Source of the DNA: the human T2T-CHM13v2.0 reference genome, Homo sapiens
NCBI RefSeq assembly: GCF_009914755.1
Contig: NC_060945.1
Length of the DNA stretch: 64,000 nucleotides
Reading direction: 5' to 3' (one strand)
Shown here: piece after piece, positions 1-12,469 of the stretch
Position numbering within the stretch: position 1 is the stretch's first letter
Layout: every line of letters starts with the position of its first letter
The notes under the pieces: model-generated
What the model saw: only the letters and a program-made list of their open reading frames with translations
The model's database searches: none
Told to the model about the DNA's origin: nothing
Translations under genes and position numbers: made by a program

Positions 1-218
1 GGACGTCGGGTGCAGCTGCTGGGGACGGGGCATGGCAGCCCATCTTTGGGTCCGGTAGTCAGGAAGGCCTCTCGGAAGAGGTGATATTGGATCTGAGATC
101 CGGAGGGTGAGAGTGATCTTTGGAGGGGCCGCCCATGCTCAGGAAAGAGCAGAGACAATGATCATGTCATCTAGTATTTCAGCCCCTGTTCATCTAGCTT
201 GGCTAACAAATCACCTTG

Positions 219-574
219 TGATATATGGTTTGGCTGTGGCCCCACCCAAATCTCATCTTCACTTGTAGCTCCCATAATTCCCACATGTTGTGGGAGGGAC
301 CTGGTGGGAGATAATTGAGTCATGGGGTTTTCCCCCACACGGTTCTTATGGTAGGGTCTCATGAGATATGATAGTTTTATAAGAGGAAGCCCCTTTCACT
401 TGGCTCTCTTTCTCTCTCTTCGCTGTCACCATGTAAGACCTGCCTTCACCTTCTGCCAAGACTGTGAGGCCTCCCCAGCCACATGGAACTGTGAGTCCAT
501 TAAGCCTCTTTTTCTCTATAAATTACCCAGTCTCAGGTGTGTCTTTATCAGCAGCATGAGAACAGACTAACACA
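219..574 (+). mobile_element. THE1-family (THE1C-like) MaLR solo LTR
   Basis: Starts TGATATATGGTTTGGCTGT, ends CAGCATGAGAACAGACTAACACA; perfect 5-bp TSD CCTTG at 214-218 and 575-579. Confidence 0.92.
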
Positions 575-646
575 CCTTGCCAGTGTTTATCCTTAGAGGT
601 GCATTCCTTTGCACCAGTAACGGAACCATTGATATTTAGAGGATCA

Positions 647-949
<303 letters not shown>

Positions 950-2160
950 AAAGATGCAATTGTAATGAGCTCTGTGTAGTCTATGAGCCCCCAAACACTC
1001 ACGTTTGCCAGGTGTGTGTGTCACCACAAGATGGGGCACAGGGGCTGCCCTGGCAGGAGGGTCACTTGGAGAAGGAGTAAGCCCTGTGGAGGATCCAGTG
1101 TTCATCCACCCTGGGGCTAGGCATGAGAGGGTCCTCCAGGAGAGGCTGCACACAGAGGAGGAAAACCTGCAGGGCTGACTTGAAGCCGGGACACTTAAGG
1201 AGAAGCCCCAGTGTTCACACTGTAAAACCAGCCAGGACACTGGCAGGAACACTGTCTGGGTGTTCGGGAACTTCGCATTTCCAGCCAGCATGTGAAGGCG
1301 CGTTCTTCCACTTTAAGGTCCGCTGCAGAAGTGGCAAAGCCATGTGCCTTGAGCTCTGCTCACAGGAAAGAACACGACAAAGCTAAGGGGACTTCACAAG
1401 GGCTGTGTCAAAAGAGGTTCACTTCCCTTCTGTCAGACGCGGGGCAAAGGTCGGGAAAGTGTGCTGCTGTGACTCACTGCATGTCTGTAGCTGATGCCCA
1501 AGCCCTCTTGTTTGTTTCAATGTCTTCATGCAGAGATTGACTTTTTAAAATCAAAGGGACCAACATGTCTTCTCTGAAATCCGCAGGGCCAAGGTGGGTA
1601 TAATTGCTTACGGGGGAACCTGACAGTGCCCCTCAGCAGTTCTGATTCTAAAAACTGTCACACGCTGGGGGTGTCACCCGCAGAGGGAGGGGGTTCTTGT
1701 TTATCCAGCAAGCGTGTGAGTACGGGCTTAAATCGTGACGACCACCTCTCCAGCAGCTTGACAGTCCCCCACTGGCAAACTCCTTGAATTTTCTGGAGGT
1801 CAGGTAAGTCTATAAAATATCACAGAAACAGCAGGTGCTAAATCAGAGGAGGTGACAAGAGGCCGGAAGGGTTTCTGGCTCTTTAACTCCCTTCCAGCAA
1901 AAGGGTCTTGCGATCCCTCCACCAACTTCAAGATATGAAGATAACTCCTCAGAAGGAAGCCCCTGGGTCCGGTCGTGGAGGCCCAGTGTGCTGAAGCTGT
2001 GTAGTAAGCCACTCAGACGGGAGATTTCCAACGCCAGGTTCAGCTGCGGCTCAGACGACCCATGTCTAACCCGACCGGGTGCTGTCAGCCCCTCCCAGCC
2101 CAATCTGCTCCTTCTCCTTCCTGGATCCACCCTGGAGCTCCGTTGTTTGATTGTTTTTGG

Positions 2161-2345
2161 CAGGGGACAGCCAAACAGCTCTGTGAATGAGGCATATCCT
2201 GAACATTTTCAGTTTTGTGGGCCATGCTGCGCTCTGTCACGCGCCTCTGCTGTTGTCGTGGGAAAGCAGTCCTCAACAATGTGTCAATGAACCGTGGGGC
2301 TGGCTTTCAACCCAATGCTATGTTCAGAAAGGGGCAGCGCCCGGA
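2161..2345 (+). mobile_element. MER58A-like hAT-Charlie MITE remnant
   Basis: CAGGGGACAGCCAAAC start and ...TTTTGTGGGCCATG...CTCTGTCAC...CTCTGCTGTTGT...GAAAGCAG resemble MER58A. Confidence 0.6.
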
Positions 2346-3460
2346 CCCAGGCTTACAGGATTAAACTGACTCATCTGGGGCCGGCATGGAATGTGAGAGG
2401 GAACTTGCCTCACCCACGGGCCCCCATCTCCCCATGAGCAGACATGCTGGGACAGAGGGGGGGCTTCATGCTGTGGCTTCCAGGAGCCCCTGCAGGCTCA
2501 GACAGGGCTGGGGGAGCCCAGCGGATCATGTGGGGCCGCCTTCGGTCTATCAGCATCTTCGCAGCTTCCTCTAAAGAAGGCAGAGCTGTTCTGCTAAAGG
2601 CAGGCAAACAGTGCAAAAGCTGCCGGCCTCGATGCTCTTTCGGTCCGCAGATGGCTTCTGTGACTGCACCTAAGCAGTGGCTGCTTGGACAGGGTCCTCA
2701 GACAGCCTTTGTGATTTTGCACATAAGCAGCGGCTGCTTGGATGGAGCGCTGTCGCTGGGCTGACCGATGTCGCTGGCGGGAGCCCTTGCCCCAGGTTTT
2801 CCCTGTCTTCTGAGTGACAGCCCCCAGGGTCCTTGTCAGCCTTCTGGGGAGGCTCCCTCCCTGCTCTGCCTTAGTTCCGGAGCACAGGGAACCACCAGGT
2901 TGCATGGCCCCTTCCAGGCTGGTATGTGGGCAGCCTAGCAGCACCTGCTTCAGGTCCCTGTTGGAACTTGGCACACAGTGGGTGGGTGGCGGGGGGAGGT
3001 TTACAGGTTACCATGGGGTCCTGGGTGTCCTGGCAGCAGGCCTGCCCCACCCATGAGTGGACCCCAGCTCCCTCTGGGGTCGAGAAGCCCGTGTCCTCAC
3101 AGCACAGCCCCTCTGACAGTCAAGGAAGAGGTCTCGTGAGCCGGGTCGTGTGTTTACAAACAGCACTGGCATCTTGTGGAGCAGTCACTAGCCTGGCTTA
3201 CTTCCCGGGCAGGAGGGCTGATTGTGAGGCCCAGTGGTCCCAGTGGTTGGCCTGGGGTTTGCTGGCTGGTGTTCACAGCTCCAGCTGGAGTAGCTCAACC
3301 TCTGCAGAAGATGGGAGAAGGGTGGCACTGGGATCCTCTGTGTCCACTGGGGAGGGCTGCCCAGGAGACCTTGGGTGGCGTCAGGTCATCACTGCCCTTC
3401 CATCCAGGGCACAAAGCTGCCTGGAGACTGAGCACCGCCTGAGGCTGGCACGAGGGCTGG

Positions 3461-3613
3461 CCTCACACACGTGACACTCCTCACACATGGCACCCCTCAC
3501 ACACGGCACTCCTCACACACACGGCACTCCTCCTCACACACATGGCACTCCCCATGCATGTGACACTCCTCTCCTCCTCACACACACATGGCACTCCTCA
3601 TGCACATGGCAGT
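3461..3613. repeat. Degenerate minisatellite, ~16-25 bp unit CCTCACACA(C/T)GGCACT, ~8 copies
   Basis: Direct inspection of the tandem units. Confidence 0.85.
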
Positions 3614-4524
3614 CCCGACCCCACCAGAAAGGCATCGAGACTCCATCTTACCCTCAGGGAAACTGGCACTCAGTGAGGCCCAGGGCCAGGCTGCACTGCA
3701 GCTGAGGGCTGGAGATCTACACACCCGAAGGCTTTGCTTTCCTCCTCGCGCTCCATGGCCTCCAGTTGGGGCACCCATGGACCACCTTGCTCCCAAGCCA
3801 ACCTGATGTGGGGAAGCAGCAATGGAGAAAAGAGAATAGACTGGCAACAGGAAGACTTCCCCAAAGGACCCGGAGGGGCCTCTCTGGGAGAAGCACCCTT
3901 CCCTTCCGGGGCTGTATCTGAAGGGGAAGTGCTCTCTTAGCTGCACCCTCCACCATCCCCTGTGGGCCGCAGGGAGGTGGGGCTCCTGCCTGGGCTGCTT
4001 CCCCCAAGGGAAAGCATCTGATAAGGTCATAACAGCCCCTTCTCCAGCCTCTCCTGGGGAGCTCCAAGGATGACCTCACCTCTGCACTACCTATGAGTCA
4101 AGGAAACGGGCACAGCCTCTCATTCTAGAAGAGGGAAGAGGCAGAAAGGGGAAGCACATGGGTTAATGGCGGGACCCAGGCCTTCGAGACCTCCCCAGGC
4201 ACAGCTGACCCCATCCTGGTTTTGATGACTGATTGACAAGCATTCATTCATTCAACATGCTTTGCTTGGGGACAGACACCAGATTCATCAGATGGGACTG
4301 GGGGTGGATTTGGGGTGGGGCCAGCTCACGGAGAGCCTTGGTTTCCAGGGCATTTGGATGCTTTTCTGTAAAGAGGGGCACTCCGTGAACATGTGTGACC
4401 AGAGCTGGGCCTGGGCAAAGGCATGAGTTTTAGCCCTGGGGGTACAGGAGAGCCAGCTGGAGGGGAGGGGGCAGCCCCCACCAGAAGCAGCCTGGGGTTC
4501 GGGAGGAGATGTGTTGTTATAAAG

Positions 4525-4925
4525 TAGGACTTCCTGAACCTTTTGTACCACAGATGCTGCTCAGAGTGTTTCAAAATAGCATGTAGGATTCCAGAGGAAA
4601 CTAATGATGTTAAAACACATTTGCCAGACTTCAAAAAACAAAGTTAGATATGATAGTATCTGAGCTCTCTATGAGCACATTTCATTGCAAGACTGGGCAT
4701 GGGATCTAGTGACCATCACACTTTTACCACCATGATGAGTGAAAACATCACTTCTAGACAGCAGCAACACCTGAGATGCAATATGAACCTTTCTGTGACT
4801 TCAGCTGGGAACAAAGTCACTTGCTAGCCAGGAACGCCATTGCAAGTGGTTTACTTTCAAAATAGAAGGAAATTCTAAACTTCACTTAAAGGTTGGTAAA
4901 AATGAGATGCAATTTTTTTCTCCTG
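4525..4925 (+). mobile_element. hAT-Charlie (Charlie4/MER119-like) DNA transposon remnant
   Basis: AT-rich block with GGATTCCAGAGGAAACTAAT, ACAAAGTCAC and GAAGGAAATTCTAAACTTCACTTAAAGGTTGGTAAAAAT colinear with the recalled consensus. Confidence 0.65.
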
Positions 4926-5904
4926 ATTTTTTTCTCAAGGGAAGATGCTCTGTAGAAAACTTTGAGAAGGTCAGGGGCATGAGAAGCCCTGAGATCAGCC
5001 AGAAGCTGATGCCTGAGTATCGGGGTACAGGGGGAGCCACGAGGGTGGGACCCACAGCATTGGCATGGAAGTGAGGAGGCTCCTGAGACCAGTTAGTTCT
5101 CCCCGGACTGTCCCAGTGAGGAACCCAGGACCCAGGTGACCAAATGATCAGTGGGCATCAGAAGTAGGATGGAGACTGGCCCTGGCTCACAGGGCCATAC
5201 TTACCCGAGAGAGACCCTGGGGGCAGACCCCTGGGCGAAACTTCCCAGGACAGCCAGACGTGGAGCAGCCAGCAGGTGCTTCCAGAAGAAATGAACATTC
5301 CAAGCCAAGGCACCTCCCGCCAACACCACCCCCCAAGGCGCTAAGGATGCCCAGAGCCACTCCATCTTGGGGGCGCTGTCATTTGGTTTCAGAAAACCAC
5401 ATTCTGTAGTGGGTGCCAGGGTGTCCTCAAGACTTCTGGGCTCTGGCACTCGTCATCTGGACTCCTTTTCAAAGGAAAATGCCCCAGGCGAGGTGGGGCT
5501 AGCATCTGCCCCTCACCCTGCGGCCAGCTGGGCGGCCCCACCCAGCCTGGCTCTAAGACCTGTGCCCCCACCCCTGGAGCCTCTGTCCTGTTTCACAGAA
5601 TCCTCACAGCCACCCAACACTGCCCATGCCTACAGCACTGCATGCCCCCAACATAGCACCCCTTGCCCTACACCCACACACAGGTAGAATGTGGGGTCTT
5701 CAGGGTGTTGGAGGAAGGGAGGGGAGACTTGCAGAGGTGGGGGATCTGAGCCCCCATGCAAATATTCCCTACCCCCTGACCTCCCCCAACCTTTTACCCC
5801 TTCTGTGATCCCCAGACTGCAGGCGGCAGGATCCTCCACCCCAGCCCCCACCCCCACTGGCTTGCCTGAGCTGGGCGGCCCCGCGGTCTAAGCATTAGAG
5901 CGAC

Positions 5905-6000
5905 CTACCTGTCTCATCTTGCCGGAAAACTGGGGATAATAACGCTTACCTCACAAGGAAGGTGTGGGGATTAATGACTTAATGCTGCTTAGCGCCCCTG
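5905..6000 (+). mobile_element. MIR fragment
   Basis: CTCATCT...GGGGATAATAA...ACCTCACAAGG...GGATTAATGA core. Confidence 0.55.
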
Positions 6001-6809
6001 TGGGTCTGCTGAGCCAGCCAAGGAGGGCCGGCTGCCCTGGGACCGGAGCCCAGCACTTGGGACTTCCGGGGCCCTGTAGGAGCCGGGGTCCTGGCGAGCA
6101 CTCCCCAGGCCTCACCCCCGGCCCAACCAATCCATGGCCACTGAGTTTTCCAGCCCTGAGAGTTCGGTCAGTGCTGGCTCTGACTTTGGGGATTTTCTGA
6201 GGAATGTTTCATTCAGCCCCATCTAGAACATCCCTGGCGTTGGAGCAGCAGAATGCTAAGATGGGCTGGCTCAGTCTGGGAGCCATGAGCAGAGGGAGGA
6301 GGAGGCCTGCGGTGCTTCCACGCGGGGCCTGAGATGCTTGGAGCTCAGAGCAGGTGAGAGTCCAGATCCCCAACGTGGTGAGATTCTGGGGTCCAAGCTC
6401 AGCACCCCCTCCCATGGAACATCCTGCTGCATCTCAGCCACACATCTAGAGGGCAGGCGGCAGGAGGAAGCCCCTTCAGGATGACACAGCCCCCCATGGG
6501 GCCTCTGGCTTGTCTTCTATGGAAGAGTTGCTCCCCTGACCTGAGAGCCAGAAAATTACACTCGAGCAGCCGGCTCGGGGACCTCCGGGACCCTGGTGAC
6601 CGCAGCAGGCCCAGCACCAGCATTCATCAGCTACTCCCAGGTGTTTGTCAGGTCAAAGGAGAACAAAGCTCCCACGAAAGAAAATCAGGTCTCCTAGACA
6701 CACCCCACCCACCACCAGAGCATCTCTCCCCTCACCCTGCCCTTCCCATCGTGACCTGCAGGGTGGCCAGGGTCCCCCACCAGAACGCAGCTCATCCCTC
6801 AATGATCAT

Positions 6810-7157
6810 CCACACACTAGGGGCTTAAACTATAGAAATGTATTTGCTCACAACTCTGCAGGCTGGAGGTCGATCCCAGGGGCTGCAGGGCTGGTTCCTG
6901 AGGCCTCCCTCCCTGGCTTATCAATGGCATCTTCTCCCTCTGTGTTCTCACCTCCTCTTTTTATAAGAACATACGTCTGTGTTCTCACCTCCTCTTTTTA
7001 TAAGGACACCAGTCTGATTGTATCAGGGCCACCCTCATGACCTGGTTTTACCTTAGTCACCTCTGTAAAGACCCCATCTCCAAATACAGCCCCATTCCAA
7101 GGCCCTGGGGGTTGGAGCTCCCACACATGGACTTGGGGATTGATTCAGCCCACAGCA
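6810..7157 (-). mobile_element. MLT1 (MLT1A/B-like) MaLR LTR with an internal 37-bp tandem duplication (~6940-7010)
   Basis: GGCTTAAAC...GCTCACAACTCTGCAGGCTGG...TATAAGGACACCAGTC...ATTCAGCCCACAGCA. Confidence 0.85.
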
Positions 7158-8007
7158 ATCCCCAGCAGAGCCCTACACATCCTTCAAGGAGAGCAGGAAG
7201 TCCGCTTCCTCCATGGGGAGAGGCGCCCCTGCAGCCTCAGCAACGTCCGTTTAGACCTGCTGGGCATGAAAACGGTGGGGCTGGGTGCTGGGTGTCTAGG
7301 GAGGAATCAGGCAGCACACCCGCCCTTGAGGCCTCCATTCATCCCGGGCTATCTGTTAGCACACACTCCAGGTGCTGGACCACAGCGGTGAAGGACCTGC
7401 GGCCTCCACAGCAAGCTCTCCCGGATTGGCCTGCGACTCCGGGAGCACTGGGTCGCGTCCTACAGTTCTCAGAATCTCCCAGCCAGGGCCTGCGTGCGGG
7501 GCGTGCCCGGCTGGTTCTGTTGACCGAGGGTCAGCACGCAGGTGGGCAGGTGGCTTCCCAGCACCAAGAAGAGGTGAGTCCAGCAGGTCATCTGCCAGGT
7601 TACTGCAGCAACAGGAGGTGGAGGGGGACAGGGAAGGAGGCGAGGGAGGCGGCCGGTCCTCCATCTCTGCCGTCCACCCACCATGCCCTGGTAGGATCAC
7701 AACATGGCCAGCGTGAGCCGGCCACCCTTCTGAGTGAGCATGTGTCCCGTGAGCCTGAGAAAGAGCCCCAGAGTCTCCCAGGCAGAGGCATGGGGTGCAT
7801 AGGGATATGGGGTGGGCCAGTTTGCTCCTCAGACCAGAAGGGGTGCAGGATTCCCCCCGATCAGGATCTTGGAGAAAGGTGTGGACAGAGGAAGGGAGGG
7901 AGGGAGAAATGGCAGCTGCCCTGCAGTGGGTCCAGAAAACCCCCAGGCTGGGCTACATTCTGCCTTGGGAGGTGGAAGTCAGATTTGGGTGTTTTTTTTC
8001 TTTATTT

Positions 8008-8027
8008 GCCTTTCTTTCCTTTCCTTT

Positions 8028-8096
<69 letters not shown>

Positions 8097-8157
8097 TTTC
8101 TTTCTTTCTTTCTCTTCTTCTTTCTTTTTTTTCTTTCTTCTTTCTTTCTTTTTTTTT
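8008..8157. repeat. (TTTC)n microsatellite / polypyrimidine tract
   Basis: Direct inspection. Confidence 0.97.
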
Positions 8158-9685
8158 AAATGAAGCCAAAGATTGAAATTGACCTTCAAATGAGAGCAGG
8201 CAGTTCCCAGAAGGTCCAGTTTCTTTTAAGTAATTTTGTTTTGGTGAAAAGAAACCAGCACTTATTACATACTGTCTTAGGAGGTGGGGTACCCACAGCT
8301 GTGCCCTAAGTCAGTGGCAGCTACCCAGAGACTCTGAAGATGGAGGCTTGGAGTAAAGCTCTGTCCTGACAGAGGATGGGCATTCTGTCTGTCTCCTTCT
8401 CAAGACCGTCTTTCCTTTGGGGGTGGAAAGTTATCAAATCAATCCTCCCCAAGCCAGGGTAGGTAATGAGACAGCAGGCAAAACTGCCTGGGGCACCCAG
8501 GCCTGGAACTGTGAGCAGAGAGATTTTTGTGTTCCCAGAGAAGCAGCAGCAAGGCTGAGACAGAACTCCAGCTCAGGTAGGAGGGAGCCTGCACCTGCAG
8601 GTGGTGCCAGCCGTGTCTCGGGCACAGACCCCTTCCTTCTGCTGGGAGGGCCCTCAACATCTGAGGGTCTTACAGTCAGGTGCCTGCTGTGGAGGTGAGC
8701 GTTCTGGAGTAATGAAGGCTTGCATTTATAGAGAACTCTCAGTTCTCATGCCAGATCCTGTGGGGGTTTGGAGAGGAGGCAGGGAAGGGTTAGTTGGCTA
8801 TTAGCATTGAGGAAACTGAGTCACAGCCAGGTTAAAAGACTTCCCTGGGGCATGAAAGGATTACAGCTAGAGAATGGAGCTCAGATTTCCGGGCAGTGCG
8901 TCCTGTCCCGTGCACTGGTCCATGGCATGGCTGAAACACTTACAGAGGCTTCCAAAGGGCAGGGACAGTTTGGCACAAGGAGGACGGTAGTGGAAGCCAC
9001 AGAGCACCCGAGAAACCACTGCTGGGGCAGGAAAGGGAACCCCATTTCCTGAGTCCCGCCCAGGGAGCTGCTGGGGGCCGGCTCACTAACCCAGGAGTGA
9101 GGTCATGCCGGCAGCATCACGGTTCTTATCTTTTCTCTCTGATCCAGGACCTGGCCTGTGGGTCCTTCTGAGAGGCTGCCCTCAAGAGCAGGTATGAGAG
9201 TGAGTGAGTGCACAGCCTGAATCCGGCTCAATGAAGACAAAGATGATGGTGAGAAAAGTGTCCATGAGCCCTTGGAGAAAACCCTCTCCAGCAAGAGGGA
9301 CACCTTAGCCACCTGTGGCCTGGCCCGGATCACCTGAGCAGGCCACTGCCAGAGGCCGCGCGGGAGAGGACACGGCTGGCCTGGGCCCCACAGCCCTGCT
9401 GGGCGGCAGAGCTCCGGGTCACGGGCCTCACCAAGGTGGACAGAGACCGTCTTCCAGCAGACAGACCTGGTCCAGATGACCCGAGCAACTGGGTGCTAGT
9501 GCAAGCGTTACAGGAGGGAATGGGGGTGCGGAGCCCTGTGCGCCAGAAACCTTACAGAACCAGCTCCCGGGGGCCTGCGGATTCACCCCAAAGCCAATGA
9601 GGCCCTCCTGACCCAAGGGGAAATGGAGAAACTGAGGCAGGACGGAGCTGACTCCAACCACCCCCTACTTCTCTCTCTGTCTCTC

Positions 9686-11112
9686 TCACACATACACCAC
9701 ACACAGCACTCCCTCACACACACAAACCACACACACACCACAAACACCACATATACACCATGCATACATATGCCACACACACACACACCATGCACACATA
9801 TACCACACACAGCACACACACACACAAACCACACACACATCATACACACATATACTACACACACCATATGCAAACTACACACACACACCACATAGACACC
9901 ACACACACACACCACATAGACACCACACACACATCACATAGACACCACACACAATGACCACAAACACAAACCACACACAAACACACCACACAGAACACAC
10001 AGACACAACACACACACCACAAACACCACAAATACCACACACACAAACACACCACACAGAACACACAGACACAACACACACACCACAAACACCACACACA
10101 CAAACCACACACAGACACCATACACACACACACACTATGCACACATATACCACACACACACCACACACGCACATACATGCCTCACATACACACCACACAC
10201 CACACCACACATACCACACACAGATACATGCCACACACTACACACACCACACACATACACCACACAGACACACACCACACATATACCACACGCACACCAC
10301 ACGCACACCACAAACACCACACACAAACTACACATACACACATCATATACACACCACATAACACACACACACACACCACATAGACACCACACTCAAACCA
10401 CACACACAAATGACACACAGACGCCACACATACCACATAAACACCATACACACACAAACCACACTCACACACATCATACACACACGACATAACACACACA
10501 CCACATACCACATAGACGCCACACACACATACCACATAGACACCACATACAACCCCCCCACACAAACCACAAAACACATGCCACACATACCACATAGATA
10601 CAACACACATACCACAAACACCACAAACACCACACACAGAGAAACACACAAACACACCACATACCACACAGATACCACTCACACACCACAGATACCACGC
10701 ACCACACAAACCACACACACACCCCCACACAGACAACATACACACACATTATGCACACATATACCACACACACACCACAGCACACACACACACATACACA
10801 CCTCACACACACCACACACCACACCACACATACCACACAGAGATACATACCACACACTACAAACACCACACACACACCACACATGGACACACACAGACAT
10901 ACACACACATGCACACACACCACAGACACCACATATACCATACACAACACACATGCACCACACATACCACATACACACCACACACAAAAAACACATACTC
11001 CACACACAGACACCCACCACACATAGACACCACACACATACAGACCACACACACACACAGACCACACACACACCACACACAGACATAAGATGACACTTAG
11101 ACACACACACTC
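9686..11112. repeat. 1.4-kb CA-rich low-complexity repeat with internal higher-order duplications
   Basis: Almost entirely C/A on +; recurring blocks such as ATGCACACATATACCACACACA at ~9790, ~10138 and ~10751. Confidence 0.97.
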
Positions 11113-12469
11113 ACTTGTACAAACAGAAGTGGGCGTCCACAGTGTGGGGCTGTATTTTCTTTTCCTTTCTAGGAAGGGGATGCGGCTAATTTGTGTGTGT
11201 CTTCCCAGCGGCCTGCAGGCACCCCACCCGTTACCCCCACCGCCCCCCACCCCCTGCTGTCCTCCCCAGGGCCGGGGCCACCACAGGAAGCCAGCCCATG
11301 CGGAAGCCATGGAGAGCAGGAGCGGTGGGGCACCGGGCAGCGAACAGACGGGATCAAGAGGCTGAGCGTGTGACCCCAGGGAAGACAGTTCACATCAGCT
11401 GTGCCTCAGTCTCCCAGGCACCGAAGTGATGGTCAGGCCTGACTGCGGCTGGTGATGCCACCCCCGTGCTGAGGGGCAGAGCCCCTGGGGCAGGCCCACT
11501 GCAGGTCCACAGCGAGACGGGGAGATGCGCCCGGCCAGCCTGTGGGGACAGAAGCAAGAGCGGGAGGACAGCAGGGCCGGCGGTTCATGGCCATAGACGG
11601 GACAAAACAGCCTCAAACAAAATGGGTGTGGCTGACAGAGATACTGGACACAGGAGTCCTCGAGTCCAGAGCCTACACCTGCCAAATGCCCAGCTCACTG
11701 GGCACCACAGACATGATGAGGACACCACTTCTCATGCTAAAAATCAGCAATGGAAGGAAGTCATGAAACCGTCTTCTGTTCTTCCATAGACAGTCTCTTG
11801 CAGGGTTAAAACATAGCCCAAGTTGCTGTAGGTCAGTTCTTCCTACAGGGAATTCAAGCTGATCAATATGGAAGAAATTACAGAATTAGAAAACCCCATT
11901 TTGCAAAATAATTGAGATGCAATGAGCCTCAGCAGGTGGCATCGTTGGGTGACAGTTGGTGAGAAGGGCAGCTCTCCCTGCTGCCCTGGCACCTGCACTG
12001 CAGGTCTGCCTCTGCCATGGTCTCGCCTGATAAAGTGAACAGGAGGCACAAGTCCCCACTGGAACACTGGCTACCTCTGAAAGAAGGCCAGCAATCAGCC
12101 GTTCCTCCTTTTCCTATCACTAAAGCTTCTCTTCCAAGGACAACACGAGGAGCTCCCTGGAAAAACCAAAGGCACCCAGACACAGTGGCTGGGAGCAGGG
12201 GAGCCCCTTTAGTCTTGGTGGGTTTGGCGGGAGGAGCATTTGACGCTGCCACTTCTTCTGCCCAGTGGGTGAACCAGCGGCTGTGCTGTGGCCTGAGTCC
12301 AGGCCAGAAAGATGTAGAAAGCTATGAGGGCACTAGTTGGCAAGGTCAGTGGGAAGCAGCTGGAAATGACAAGTTGGGCGCTGGGAGATTTGTTCAGAAT
12401 GTGGAGACTGAGCTGTGCCAACAGAGTGCGTGTAGAGAGGTGCCTGACCACGCTGCCGCAACGGGGTCC

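Noticed and set aside
470-482. PRDM9 hotspot 13-mer in THE1 LTRs
   Set aside because: Copies read CCTCCCCAGCCAC/T (also at ~38798) and lack the T at position 7 of CCNCCNTNNCCNC
7037-8176. 379-aa ORF, the longest in the window
   Set aside because: Starts inside an antisense MLT1 LTR, ends in the (TTTC)n repeat and has no recognisable domain; chance GC-rich frame
9583-11310. His/Thr-rich and Cys/Val-rich ORFs
   Set aside because: Translations of the CA/TG repeat, open in several frames
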